DNA from: Terriglobia bacterium
GTDB taxonomy: Bacteria > Acidobacteriota > Terriglobia > 20CM-2-55-15
NCBI GenBank assembly: GCA_965198225.1
Contig: CBDAOY010000009.1
Coordinates: 544,001 to 608,000, forward strand
DNA: 64,000 nt
Direction: 5' to 3'
Shown here piece after piece: positions 26,385-36,873 of the stretch; position 1 is the stretch's first letter, and every line of letters starts with the position of its first letter. The translations under genes were made by a program, and so were the position numbers. The notes under the pieces are model-generated. The model saw only the letters and a program-made list of their open reading frames with translations. It did no database searches and had not been told where the DNA came from.

Positions 26385-29246
26385 CTATCCGATGAGAGCA
26401 GGTTCCGCCATCGCGGATATCAGCGCTTCAGCCGGGTGCAGTGCCCTGCGGCCCGTCGCATGCTCAATCTGTTGCCGGCATGAGATGCCGGGCGCGACGA
26501 CGACGGCTTGGGGCTGGGCCTCTACGCGGGGGAAGAGTCGTTGACGCCCGATGTCCATCGAGACGTCGTAGTGTTCCTTCTCGTATCCGAACGAGCCAGC
26601 CATTCCGCAGCATCCGGAATCTACGTCCTCGACATCGTAAGCTGGGGACAGCGCCTCCTTCAACGGTCCGTTTCCGACGAGCGCTTTCTCGTGGCAATGG
26701 CCGTGGATGAGCGCCTTGGGTCGCGGGTGGCTGTAGCTGAGGCTCCATCGCCCGGCCTCGATCTCACGGACGATGAATTCCTCGAGCAGGAAAGACGCCT
26801 GCCCGACTTCCTTCGCCGCAGAACCCCCGACGAGATCGACGTACTCATCGCGGAACGTGAGCACGCAGCTGGGTTCGCATCCCACGATGGAGTATCCCGC
26901 GCGGACCAACGAGTGCAGACGTTCGACGTTCGTGGCTGCGTGAGCGCGTGCTGTTTCAGCCAGCCCCTTGGAGATCATCGGACGTCCGCAGCAGACACGG
27001 TCTGCCAGGCGTACGTGATATCCGGCAGCCTCGAGGAGGAGAGTTGCAGCCCGTCCGATCTCCGGATAGTTGAAATTGAGGAACGTATCGTGGAAGAGGA
27101 TGACGCCGCCGTTGGAACCGTCTTCTTCCGACGCCGACCGGGAGCGTCTCTTGAACCAGGTCTCGAAGGTCTGGTCCGCGAAGGGCGGCAAGCTGCGGCG
27201 CTCGTCGATGCCGAGGTAACGATCCATCAGCCGCCTGAGAACCGGATTCTCCAGAGATCGATTCGCAAGCGCGGGCCACATTGACGCGACGCGGCTCAGT
27301 GCGTGGATCCGCGCGAACAGGATGGACCGCAGCGGGGTCCCGTTCGCCTCGTTGTGACCGGCGAGGAACTCGTACTTGAGTTTTGCCATGTCGACGTTGG
27401 AAGGGCATTCGGCTTTGCAGGCCTTGCATTCCAGGCACAGGTCCAGCGTGTCGTGAAGCATTTCCCCGGTCGATTCGTGAGCCGGCAGCTTGCCCGAAAG
27501 GATCGCCCGCATCAGATCCGCGCGTCCCCGAGTCGAGTGCTGTTCCTCCCGCGTCGCCATGTAGGAGGGACACATCGTGCCTTCTGATGTCTTCCGGCAG
27601 ACACCGGCCCCGTTGCAGAGCTCGACGGCCGTCGCGAGACCGCCGTCCGCCGAAAAGTCGTAGTGCGTGCTCAACCGGATAGTCTCGTAGTGCTGTCCAT
27701 AGCGAAGGTTTTCGTCCATTTCGGGTGCGTCGACGATCTTTCCGGGGTTCATGCGATCCTCGGGGTCGAACGCTCCCTTGACACCCTGGAATGCTCTGTA
27801 GATCGTCGGTCCGAACAGTTTCTCGTTGAGGTGGCTCCGTGCCAGGCCATCTCCGTGCTCCCCGCTCATCGCGCCACCAAACTCCATGACCAGATCGGCG
27901 ATCTCGACGGTCATGTTCTTCATCTTCCGGATCTCGGAAACCTGCTTGGTGTTGATGAGAGGGCGGATGTGCAGGCAACCGACACTGGCGTGTCCGTAGT
28001 AGCCCGCGCTTGTGTCGTACTTCTCGACGACGGACCGGAAGCGGGTGAAGAACGCGGGTAACTGTTCCGGCTCGACGGCGCAATCCTCGACGAAAGCGAT
28101 CGGTTTCCGTTCTCCCTTCATACCCAGCAGGAGCCCCAGTCCGGCCTTCCGGACCTTCCAGATGCCCGCCTGTGCGGCGGGATCGAGCGCCCGCGGGTAC
28201 GCGTAGCCGAAGCCTCCCTTCCGGAGCGCGGCCTCCAGGCGGTCCAGCTTGTCTGTGAGGTCGGCCCGATCCTCCCCGTAGAATTCCACGAGTAGAACCG
28301 CATCCGGATGTCCCTCGATGAAGCCGACTTCGCGCGACAGCTCCAGCGAACCGCGTGCCAGGTCGATGATCATGTCATCGATCAGTTCGATAGCGGCCGG
28401 CTCCAGCTCCAGGATGACCTCCGAAGCCCGGATGGAATCGACGATGTCGTCGAAGTGGGCCACCATCACGGCCGTGGCGGCGGGTCTGGGCTCGATCCGG
28501 ACCTTAGCGCGGTGAACCAGCGCCAGCGTGCCTTCGGAACCGACGATCAGTTTGGCCAGGTTGAACTTGCCGTTCCGGACGAACTCGTCCAGGTTATAGC
28601 CGCTGACGCGCCGCATCAGTCGCGGAAAGCGGGCTTCTATCTCGCCGCGGTTGGAGTCGATGATGTCGGCGATGCGGCCCTCGAGACCAGGCATCCCCCG
28701 AGCCTCGTCAAATCCGATCTCCTTGAAAAGCTTACGTTCCCCGGACGCGAGGATAGCGTCCACTTCCAGAACGTGATCGATCGTCTTGCCGTACAGGATC
28801 GAGTGAGACCCGGCCGAGTTGTTTCCGATCATCCCTCCCAGCGTTGCGCGGTTCGCCGTCGAAGTGTCCGGTCCGAACAGATATCCGAGAGGCCGCAGAT
28901 GTCGGTTGAACCGCTCCTGGACGAGTCCGGGCTCGACCCATGCCCAACCCTCTTCCGTGTTCACCTCCAGAACGCGGTCCAGATGCTTGGAAGTGTCGAT
29001 GACGACGGCGCGGCCGACCGTCTGGCCAGCCAGGCTGGTGCCGCCGCCTCGCGCCAGCAGGGGGACTTCGAACTCTCGGGCGGTCTCGACCGTCGCAAAA
29101 ATGTCCTCGGGAGTACGCGGGATTACGACGCCGATCGGTTCGATTTCATAGATGCTGGCGTCCGTGGCGTACATGAGCCGCGTCGCCCGGTCGAAACGGA
29201 CTTCACCGGCGATTCGTTCCTGTAGCGCGTCGGCCAGATCTCGCAT
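26385..29246 (-). CDS. FAD-binding 4Fe-4S oxidoreductase (GlcD/GlcF fusion, YdiJ-like)
   Basis: RGGGTSLAGQ, GGMIGNNSAG, GEHGDG, CLECKACKAECP and CCG domains. Confidence 0.92.
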   Translation of the reverse strand: MRDLADALQERIAGEVRFDRATRLMYATDASIYEIEPIGVVIPRTPEDIFATVETAREFEVPLLARGGGTSLAGQTVGRAVVIDTSKHLDRVLEVNTEEGWAWVEPGLVQERFNRHLRPLGYLFGPDTSTANRATLGGMIGNNSAGSHSILYGKTIDHVLEVDAILASGERKLFKEIGFDEARGMPGLEGRIADIIDSNRGEIEARFPRLMRRVSGYNLDEFVRNGKFNLAKLIVGSEGTLALVHRAKVRIEPRPAATAVMVAHFDDIVDSIRASEVILELEPAAIELIDDMIIDLARGSLELSREVGFIEGHPDAVLLVEFYGEDRADLTDKLDRLEAALRKGGFGYAYPRALDPAAQAGIWKVRKAGLGLLLGMKGERKPIAFVEDCAVEPEQLPAFFTRFRSVVEKYDTSAGYYGHASVGCLHIRPLINTKQVSEIRKMKNMTVEIADLVMEFGGAMSGEHGDGLARSHLNEKLFGPTIYRAFQGVKGAFDPEDRMNPGKIVDAPEMDENLRYGQHYETIRLSTHYDFSADGGLATAVELCNGAGVCRKTSEGTMCPSYMATREEQHSTRGRADLMRAILSGKLPAHESTGEMLHDTLDLCLECKACKAECPSNVDMAKLKYEFLAGHNEANGTPLRSILFARIHALSRVASMWPALANRSLENPVLRRLMDRYLGIDERRSLPPFADQTFETWFKRRSRSASEEDGSNGGVILFHDTFLNFNYPEIGRAATLLLEAAGYHVRLADRVCCGRPMISKGLAETARAHAATNVERLHSLVRAGYSIVGCEPSCVLTFRDEYVDLVGGSAAKEVGQASFLLEEFIVREIEAGRWSLSYSHPRPKALIHGHCHEKALVGNGPLKEALSPAYDVEDVDSGCCGMAGSFGYEKEHYDVSMDIGRQRLFPRVEAQPQAVVVAPGISCRQQIEHATGRRALHPAEALISAMAEPALIG

Positions 29247-29514
29247 GAACTGAAGAGTTTAGCACGCGAAATGTAGTGGTGGTCAGAGACGGCGGTTTTT
29301 TGGCGTGGCTCGTTGTCGATCAGTGAATTGGAGTCGAACCGTTGCGGTTTCCAGCAGGTCGTGAACCTGATCGGCCGCTATCGGCTTTCGCATCGAACCG
29401 GGAGGGCGGGATGTCGGTGGGGCTATTTTCGCCGATGGTTCTGGTCTGTAAACATTGTTGGAGGAATCAGAAGGGTCCTCAACCGGGTCCGTGAAGAAAG
29501 CAGCATCAGCATAT

Positions 29515-29994
29515 CTATATCTTTACATCTTCTTCTTCATTGAAGTGTTGCCTGAATTCGTAAGAAATAATGGTTGGAATATAAAAAATAACATCGGCAA
29601 CCAGCTTTCCTATCAAGACTCCCAGTCCTCTTCCTATGTATCTGGCTCCCAAACCCATGGTCAAGGGCCTGATTATGCCCAGATCCAAAACCTCACTGGC
29701 GCCAAACTCCAAGAACAAGTTTTTGATGGTCCTCAATCTCCCTTGCGCACCATAGCTTTCTCCTCTTTCAAGAGCTTTTCTCTGATCTTGCTTAAAATCT
29801 CTCGACAAGAGAGTTCCGTAATAACCAATGTTGTCTCCTATCGCGCCTCCGAAAGCTGCTGCTATCTCGCCACCGGTTAATCCAAGCGCAAAAAAATACC
29901 CAATGATCGCGCTAGTAGCTGCAACTAGTTCTGCAGGTCCATATCTCCTGGCCCATTCGGCCTTCTGTTTGAACCTTGATTGTCTATGAGCCAT
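29515..29994 (-). CDS. Small multi-pass membrane protein of unknown function
   Basis: Hydrophobic segments; RRYGPAE, NIGYYG, LEFGASEVLD and GKLVADVIFY; directly downstream of the decarboxylase; AT-rich DNA. Confidence 0.75.
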   Translation of the reverse strand: MAHRQSRFKQKAEWARRYGPAELVAATSAIIGYFFALGLTGGEIAAAFGGAIGDNIGYYGTLLSRDFKQDQRKALERGESYGAQGRLRTIKNLFLEFGASEVLDLGIIRPLTMGLGARYIGRGLGVLIGKLVADVIFYIPTIISYEFRQHFNEEEDVKI

Positions 29995-30048
29995 CTGATC
30001 TTCCTAACGAGTAAGGATGCATCGATATGAAACCATCCGAATGGTTGC

Positions 30049-31419
30049 TCAATTAAGGACCTTGAAGGTTTGAAGGGACGGATCGGCGGCACCCTTAAGT
30101 ACAGCCCCGCTGGCCTTCATACATTGCAAGTACTCAATAACCTCCAGGGAGACGATTTCTCCAGGAGCAATGATGGGCGCGCCGGGTGGATACGTCGCCA
30201 CGCTCTCACCCGAGATCTTCCCGACGGCGTCTTTAATAGGCACAGGCTGCTTGGTCGAGAACTTCCCTACACGGGGAGCTACTGCGATTTCGGGAAGAGC
30301 CGGCGGTGGCGGTGCGACAACGCGCTGCTTGTGCGGGCTCCCGTCGGCTATACCCCTGAGAGCGCGAAAGAGAGCATGGAGATCCTCCTCAGTGGTACCG
30401 GGAGTGAGAAGGAAAAGAACGTGTTGGAGCGAAGCCATTTCAGGGTAAATCTTTTCTCGGTGAAGGCGGCGCTCAAAATCGAAGCCCGTGAGACCCGTTC
30501 CGGAAACATCCAGGGTAATTCGGGTCGAGTCGAAATCCACAAAGCCCGGCCGCACCTGATCGTGACCAAAGCACGTCACCCCCAGCAAACCTCGGGATGC
30601 TTCCCGGAACGCTGCAGCACTTTCGATGGTTTCGCTCCAGAGCGTTTCTCCTTCTTCGACGAGCTGCCCGACACCGAGTTCGATCGAGGCCAGGATGGGG
30701 TAGGAGAAAGAGGTGCTGACAAGTCCCAGTTCGTTAACCTGCTCATAGAGCGATTCGATAAACTGTTCGTTTCCCACAAGGAGAAGACTCCCTTGAGAAA
30801 GCGCACTCGCGACTTTATGAGTGGACTGCGTAACAAGGTCCGCACCCATGTCCTCGGCTCCGGTGGGCAGGGACTTGCAAAAGTGAAAGTGAGGGGCATG
30901 CGCCGCATCAACTACCACTGGAAGTCCGCGCTCGTGAGCCAGCGAGATGATTTCGGCGAGTTCACCGACGATGCCGAAGTAGTTGGGTGAAGTCAGGAAA
31001 ACGCAGTCGACCGGCTCTCTGCCGAGTACCTCCGTGAAACCAGCCAAAGTCGGTCCCAGAGAAAGGCCGAGATCGGAGTCGTACTCGGGCACAAGGTAGA
31101 CCGGCTCCAGGCCACCCTGAACCATGGCCGCAGTCACTGACGTGTGAGCATCCCGGTTGACGAGGACACGGCCGCCCGCTGGACAAGCGCTGAGCAGCGC
31201 CAGGGTGTTCAGCGTGGTCGTTCCCTGCGTGGAGGGGAAGCTCCAGGCAACATCATACGCGTCAGCCAGTTGACGTTTGAGCCGCTGTAGAGGCTTATCG
31301 CCGTGCCACGTAAAGAGGCTGCCCAGCTGGGCAACCGAGATACTGTGGTCGAGCTCACACGCTCCCGCAAGGCGCTCCCAGCCTTGACGGAAGATCTTTT
31401 CCTGCGATGCGGTCAACAT
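30049..31419 (-). CDS. PLP-dependent Orn/Lys/Arg decarboxylase family protein
   Basis: NRDAHTSV, TSPNYFG, VDAAH, QSTHK (PLP lysine), STSFSYPILASI and YPPGAP motifs. Confidence 0.9.
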   Translation of the reverse strand: MLTASQEKIFRQGWERLAGACELDHSISVAQLGSLFTWHGDKPLQRLKRQLADAYDVAWSFPSTQGTTTLNTLALLSACPAGGRVLVNRDAHTSVTAAMVQGGLEPVYLVPEYDSDLGLSLGPTLAGFTEVLGREPVDCVFLTSPNYFGIVGELAEIISLAHERGLPVVVDAAHAPHFHFCKSLPTGAEDMGADLVTQSTHKVASALSQGSLLLVGNEQFIESLYEQVNELGLVSTSFSYPILASIELGVGQLVEEGETLWSETIESAAAFREASRGLLGVTCFGHDQVRPGFVDFDSTRITLDVSGTGLTGFDFERRLHREKIYPEMASLQHVLFLLTPGTTEEDLHALFRALRGIADGSPHKQRVVAPPPPALPEIAVAPRVGKFSTKQPVPIKDAVGKISGESVATYPPGAPIIAPGEIVSLEVIEYLQCMKASGAVLKGAADPSLQTFKVLN

Positions 31420-31584
31420 TTACCTTAATCGAAAGCTCCGCCCGCCGCGGTGTCCCGGGGTCGCGAATGTCGACATACAAGACGCAATCAGCGTTATGGA
31501 AGAGCGCTGTCTCTGGTGTCGTGCCGCCTGTCCTCAGATCAGACATTTGTGGCCCCCTTCGTTCGAGTTTGATACTTAACCTAT

Positions 31585-31611
31585 GTATCGGTCGACACTT
31601 CCTGAACTTTA
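31585..31611 (-). promoter_or_regulatory. Sigma28-like promoter upstream of the decarboxylase
   Basis: TAAA-N15-ACCGATAC on the minus strand. Confidence 0.5.
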
Positions 31612-32062
31612 GACTCGATTGTCCAAGTTTCTGGACTTTCGGGACCCAACCTCTCCCGTCTTACGATGGCAGTCCATGCTTAAGGTCCCGGTTTCGTTCG
31701 ACTTAAAAGACTCCATACGTCCAGATGTTGACCCGAGTGAGGCTGAAAGCGTCAAGGCCCTGACTCCATTCCGGATGCGGCCACCGAACCCGCGGCTCCT
31801 CCAAACCCCGTTTGAGTCTGGATCGGCATCTTGAACAGAGCGCCGCCCACATGGACCCAGCCGCCGCGTATCCATTTGAAAATAAGACCAATTCAGAAGA
31901 TCTCATTCCCGCCTCGGCCCCCGGGAGATCCGCATTCTCCTGAGCCGATCCGTTCAAGGTGACTGAGGCGGTTGCCGTAACGGGGACCTCTGCGCCGATG
32001 GAATCTCAATTGCCACCTTCAGCCGCGGAGCATTAGGTGGAATGAATTTCGGAGGTATTTCA

Positions 32063-34099
32063 ATGAGGTACGTGATGAGGATCAGACGAGCACTCAGTGT
32101 CATCTTGCTTATGGGGTGCTCAACCCTTGGCTGGGCCCAGAACGGTGAATTGCAACAAGACTCTCCAATCGAGCTTTCCGGTCTTAGCCTCGAGGAATTG
32201 CTCGAGTTGAGAATCGATTCTGTCTACGGGGCTTCCAGGCACAACCAAAAAGTAACCGAGGCGCCTTCGTCTGTGACGATCGTCACCGCGGACGACATTC
32301 AGAAATACGGCTACCGCACGCTTGCAGACATCTTGCGAAGTGTCCGGGGCTCTTATGTCACGAACGACCGGAACTACAGCTTTCTGGGTGTGCGAGGTTT
32401 CAACCGACCGGGAGACTACAATGCGCGCATCCTGCTGCTCGTCGACGGTCATCGACTCAACGACAATATCTTTGGCGGTGCGCTGATCGGCACCGAATTC
32501 CCGTTGGATGTCGATCTCATCGAGCGGTTGGAGATCATCCGTGGTCCCAGCTCTTCCCTTTACGGTTCCAGTGCGTTTTTCGGCGTCATCAACGTCATTA
32601 CCAAGGATCTGAAAGGAGTGCAGGCTGCGGGCTCGGTGGGCAGCCTTCGCACCGGCGAAGGCCGACTCAGTTATGGCCAGACGTTCGGAAGCGGCCTGGA
32701 AGTGATGCTTTCCGGTTCAGCTTATGACAGCCGGGGACACAAGCGCCTGTACTTTAAGGAATTCGATGCTCCCGGGACCAACAACGGTATTGCGGAAAAC
32801 GTCGACTCCGATGAGTTCAAGAAATTCTTCGGCAAACTGAAGTTCGCCAATTTCACCCTGCAAGGAATGTATGGGGCAAGAGACAAGGACATTCCCACGG
32901 CTTCGTTCGGAACTGTATTCAATGACCCGCGCTCTCGAACCCTCGAAAAGGTAGGGTATGTTGACCTGCAGTACCGGCGTGAGCTCGGCAGCACATGGGA
33001 TCTCTCGTCCCGCGTCTATTTCGACCGTTATGGTTATGACGGGGACTACATATACGATCTTTCAGAAGATGAGAACCCCTTCCTGGTTGTGTACAAGGAC
33101 TTTGCCCGGGGAGGTTGGTGGGGATCAGAGCTGAGACTCACCAAGCGTGCGGAAAAACATACCGTCACTGTGGGTTCAGAATACCGCGACGACTTCCGCC
33201 AGGATCAGTTCAACTACGATGAAGATCCCTTCTTCTCGTACCTGGATGACAAACGCGACCGCAGGAACTGGGCATTCGACATCCAGGATGAATTCAGGCT
33301 GCATGACAAGCTGACCTTCAATCTCGGAGTGCGCTACGATCACTACGATTCTTTCGGCGGAACGACCAATCCCCGAGTTGGGTTGATTTACAATCCGTAC
33401 AAAGCGACGACGCTGAAGATTCTCTACGGCCAGGCGTTCAGGGCACCCAACGCCTACGAGCTCTATTGGACGCAGAGCGACATCGCGAAGGCCAATCCGA
33501 CGCTGCGACCTGAGACCAACAAAACCTCTGAGGTAGTCCTGGAGCACTATCTGAACGATGGCACTCGCCTGTCCGCGACCGGCTTCTACTACAGAATCAA
33601 GGATCTCATCACGCAGCAGACTGATCCTCTGGACGAACTCCTCGTCTACAACAACGTCGAGTCGATTAACGCCAAGGGATTTGAGCTGGAAGTCGAGCGG
33701 GAATGGTCTACCGGTCTGCTGGGTCGATTCAGCTACACGTTCTCCGACATCCGCAACGAACTTACGGGTTCAGGTCTCACTAATTCGCCGAAGCATCTGG
33801 CTCACTTCAATCTCATCATGCCGGTCGCAAACGAATCGATGTTTGCGGGCATCGAGGTCCGGACCATGAGCAAGAGAAGAACAATCGCCGGCAATTTCAC
33901 GGACAGTGTTCTTGTTCCGAACGTGACGATTTCCACCAGCAAGCTCCCGAAGAGACTGGAGCTCTCGGCCGGCGTGTACAACTTGTTCGGCAAGAAGTAC
34001 GGCGACCCGGGGTCTGAAGAACACCCGCCGGACGTCATCGCACAGGATGGGCGGAGCTTTCGAGTGAAGCTCACCTGGACATTTCCGATTGAGAACTGA
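32063..34099 (+). CDS. TonB-dependent receptor (type associated with YfiR-like modules)
   Basis: Signal peptide, LSLEELLEL, EAPSSVTIVT, ERLEIIRGPSSSLYG..GVINVIT and terminal beta-strand; GGAGG SD. Confidence 0.92.
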   Translation: MRYVMRIRRALSVILLMGCSTLGWAQNGELQQDSPIELSGLSLEELLELRIDSVYGASRHNQKVTEAPSSVTIVTADDIQKYGYRTLADILRSVRGSYVTNDRNYSFLGVRGFNRPGDYNARILLLVDGHRLNDNIFGGALIGTEFPLDVDLIERLEIIRGPSSSLYGSSAFFGVINVITKDLKGVQAAGSVGSLRTGEGRLSYGQTFGSGLEVMLSGSAYDSRGHKRLYFKEFDAPGTNNGIAENVDSDEFKKFFGKLKFANFTLQGMYGARDKDIPTASFGTVFNDPRSRTLEKVGYVDLQYRRELGSTWDLSSRVYFDRYGYDGDYIYDLSEDENPFLVVYKDFARGGWWGSELRLTKRAEKHTVTVGSEYRDDFRQDQFNYDEDPFFSYLDDKRDRRNWAFDIQDEFRLHDKLTFNLGVRYDHYDSFGGTTNPRVGLIYNPYKATTLKILYGQAFRAPNAYELYWTQSDIAKANPTLRPETNKTSEVVLEHYLNDGTRLSATGFYYRIKDLITQQTDPLDELLVYNNVESINAKGFELEVEREWSTGLLGRFSYTFSDIRNELTGSGLTNSPKHLAHFNLIMPVANESMFAGIEVRTMSKRRTIAGNFTDSVLVPNVTISTSKLPKRLELSAGVYNLFGKKYGDPGSEEHPPDVIAQDGRSFRVKLTWTFPIEN

Positions 34100-34215
34100 A
34101 ATGTCCATCGCTTTCAGACGATGGACGTTCAGCTGTTGCGAGTACTTACCGGCGAAGTCTTCGAGCCTGCAAATGGCCGACGGATTTTGCAAAACCGCTC
34201 AATCAAATCGGGAAC

Positions 34216-34797
34216 GTGAATACGATGAGAAGCGTTGAACCACGATGGCCGATTGCACTACTGATGGCAGTGCTGCTGCTGTACGGTAGCGCGTTTGGCC
34301 AGACCAGACTCCCAGTCGATCTGGAAACCATGATCCTGCTGCGGGCACTACCCTACGACCGCAACCTGAAGCAACGTGCCGAGGGCGGAATCCATATTGC
34401 AGTGGTTACCAAGAACGACGACCGGACGAGCACCGAGATCGCAAGCGCCTTCCGGAATGCCGGCAAGGACGGAGTAAGCGGCCTTCCGGTAGAGGTCAGC
34501 GTCGTTCCTTTCGAATCGACCGCCCAGCTCATGGATCTGATCGACGACATAGGCTTCAACCTGCTCTACATTCATCCGTCTGTGGAGACAGCGCTGTCAG
34601 CGATCCAGGAAGCGGCGCGAAGCAAAAAAATTCCATCGGTCGGCGGCACGAAAGAGATCGTCGAAAAGGGTGCTTCGCTCGGAGTGTACGTTGTGGACGG
34701 GGTCCCCAAGCTGGTCGTGAACATAAAGACATCGCGGCTCGAGGGGATGGATTTCTCCGCAGATCTCCTGGGTATCGCGACGGTGATCAGAGAGTAA
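34216..34797 (+). CDS. YfiR/HmsC (DUF4154)-like periplasmic protein
   Basis: Signal peptide; ILLRALPYDRNL and C-terminal KLVVNIKTSRLEGMDFSADLLGIA resembling the YfiR family end; follows the TonB receptor. Confidence 0.75.
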   Translation: MNTMRSVEPRWPIALLMAVLLLYGSAFGQTRLPVDLETMILLRALPYDRNLKQRAEGGIHIAVVTKNDDRTSTEIASAFRNAGKDGVSGLPVEVSVVPFESTAQLMDLIDDIGFNLLYIHPSVETALSAIQEAARSKKIPSVGGTKEIVEKGASLGVYVVDGVPKLVVNIKTSRLEGMDFSADLLGIATVIRE

Positions 34798-34874
34798 GAC
34801 GGATTCGATCGAATAGCCAGGCGCAATGAGCCGATCGTTGCCCACTATGCTGTACACGAAAACAATCGAGGTTG

Positions 34875-36818
34875 ATGGTGCCTGACGAGAGTCTGAACGC
34901 TTCGGAGAACCCCGCATCGGGAGAACCGTCCGTCACACCGACTGAAACCCTGACCTCGGAATCGGCCCAGTCGAGCACCGGGTTCGACATCGACATCAGC
35001 GATCCAGACCTGTTGGGCGATTTCATAACGGAGTGTCGGGAACACATCGAAAACGCCGAGGCTGCTCTGCTGGCTCTGGAAACGAACGAAGAAGACACCG
35101 AAGCGGTTAGCACTATCTTTCGCGCTTTCCACACGATCAAGGGTACGTCCGCTTTCCTCGGGCTCGGAGGTATGTCCGACCTGGCCCACCGTTCCGAGTC
35201 GTTCTTGAACCGTGTTCGGGAGCACGAGATACAGTTGACCGGAGGCTACGCCGATCTGGCGCTGTTTTCAGTAGATATGCTCAAGGGTCTACTGCAATCG
35301 CTCCAGACCGCATTGGGTGGCGAACCCATGATCAAGCCCGACGGCTACGATGACCTGATGCTCCTGCTCTCTGATCCGGAAGGCGGGGGGATCTCTGCCG
35401 ACGATCGAGACGACTTGCCTCGGCTCGGCGATATCCTGGTTCATCAGGCCAAGGTCGACCGCGAGGAGATCGAGGCTGTTGTCGCGGACCAGGGTGACGA
35501 GCCGGTTGGCGTCGCGCTCGTCAGGTCGCAGGCTGCATCCGTCACGGACGTCGCCAAAGCGTTGCGCGTGCAGCGGCAAATGTCGCAGCCGGCAAAGGCC
35601 GGAACCGCGGCCACCACAGAATCCTCGGTCCGGATACGCACCAACCATTTGGACCGCCTCATTGACATGATCGGTGAGATGGTAATCGCCCATTCGATGG
35701 TTTCTCAAGACCGTACCGTCGTTCTTGGCCCCCGCCAGGAACTGGCCAAGAAAGTTGCTCACACGGGCGAAATCGTTCGCGAGCTGCAGGATCTGAGCAT
35801 GTCGATGCGAATGGTTCCGCTCCGGGCTGCCTTCCAGAAAACAAGCAGGTTAGTAAGGGATCTCGCTCGCAAGAATTCAAAACTGGCCAATCTCATCACA
35901 GAGGGTGAAGACACCGAGATTGATCGGAAAATGGTCGAAGGCCTCAACGATCCTCTCGTGCACATGATTCGAAATGCACTCGACCACGGCATTGAGCTGC
36001 CTGAGGAACGCAAGCGGCTCGGCAAACCCGCGGCGGGGACCGTCAGGCTGGCCGCGTACCATTCGGGCGGCAATGTTGTGATCGAGATTCAGGATGACGG
36101 CAAGGGGCTGGCCCGCGACAGGATCATCGAGAAAGCGTTGTCGAAGGGGCTGATCGAATCCGACAGAGGTATGTCCGACAACGATGTGGCCAGGCTCATA
36201 TTCGAACCCGGTTTCTCGACCGCTAAAAAGCTGACCGACCTGTCCGGCCGCGGCGTTGGAATGGATGTGGTCAAGAAAGGCATCGAAGCTCTGAGAGGCC
36301 GCGTTGATGTTTCCTCACGGCCAAACGAAGGCTGCACCTTTACGATGAACCTGCCGATGACCCTGGCCATTATCGACGGCATGCTCGTGAAGGTCGGCGG
36401 TCATCGCTATATCGTCCCCACTGTAAACATCCGCCTGAGCTTGCGGCCTGCGCCCGACGTCCTGCCGACCATTGCCGGGCGAGGCGAAATCGTGATGCTC
36501 CGCGGCAAGCCGATCGCGATGATTCGACTGCACCGCATGTTCAACATCGATGGAGCCGTCGAAGACCCCACCGAAGGGCTCATTGTGGTCGTGGAAGAAG
36601 GCAAGAGGCAATGTGCGCTCCTCGTGGATGAACTGCTGGGGCAGCGGCAGGTGGTCGCAAAATCTCTTGGGGATGGTATCGGCACAGTCCGTGGGATCTC
36701 CGGTGGGGCTATCCTCGGCGATGGCCGCGTCGGCCTGATCCTGGACCCGTCCGAGATCGTTGGACTGGCCGGGCAGGGGGCCTATGACACCGATAGTTCG
36801 GTTGCGGTCTTGAACTGA
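34875..36818 (+). CDS. cheA: Chemotaxis histidine kinase CheA
   Basis: FRAFHTIKG (Hpt), LDRLIDMIGEMV, HMIRNALDHGIE, DDGKG, SGRGVGMDVV and CheW-like end GAILGDGRVGLILD. Confidence 0.96.
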   Translation: MVPDESLNASENPASGEPSVTPTETLTSESAQSSTGFDIDISDPDLLGDFITECREHIENAEAALLALETNEEDTEAVSTIFRAFHTIKGTSAFLGLGGMSDLAHRSESFLNRVREHEIQLTGGYADLALFSVDMLKGLLQSLQTALGGEPMIKPDGYDDLMLLLSDPEGGGISADDRDDLPRLGDILVHQAKVDREEIEAVVADQGDEPVGVALVRSQAASVTDVAKALRVQRQMSQPAKAGTAATTESSVRIRTNHLDRLIDMIGEMVIAHSMVSQDRTVVLGPRQELAKKVAHTGEIVRELQDLSMSMRMVPLRAAFQKTSRLVRDLARKNSKLANLITEGEDTEIDRKMVEGLNDPLVHMIRNALDHGIELPEERKRLGKPAAGTVRLAAYHSGGNVVIEIQDDGKGLARDRIIEKALSKGLIESDRGMSDNDVARLIFEPGFSTAKKLTDLSGRGVGMDVVKKGIEALRGRVDVSSRPNEGCTFTMNLPMTLAIIDGMLVKVGGHRYIVPTVNIRLSLRPAPDVLPTIAGRGEIVMLRGKPIAMIRLHRMFNIDGAVEDPTEGLIVVVEEGKRQCALLVDELLGQRQVVAKSLGDGIGTVRGISGGAILGDGRVGLILDPSEIVGLAGQGAYDTDSSVAVLN

Positions 36819-36873
36819 GGGGCACAGCAAACGCCGTATGGCAAAACAACTCGAAACAACGAACACCTGAAGT

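Noticed and set aside
29455-29880. 141-aa plus-strand ORF
   Set aside because: Antisense to the membrane-protein gene that follows the decarboxylase; no motif or SD
31420-32040. Riboswitch (c-di-GMP or lysine) in the divergent intergenic region
   Set aside because: No recognisable consensus by eye; an Rfam covariance search would be needed
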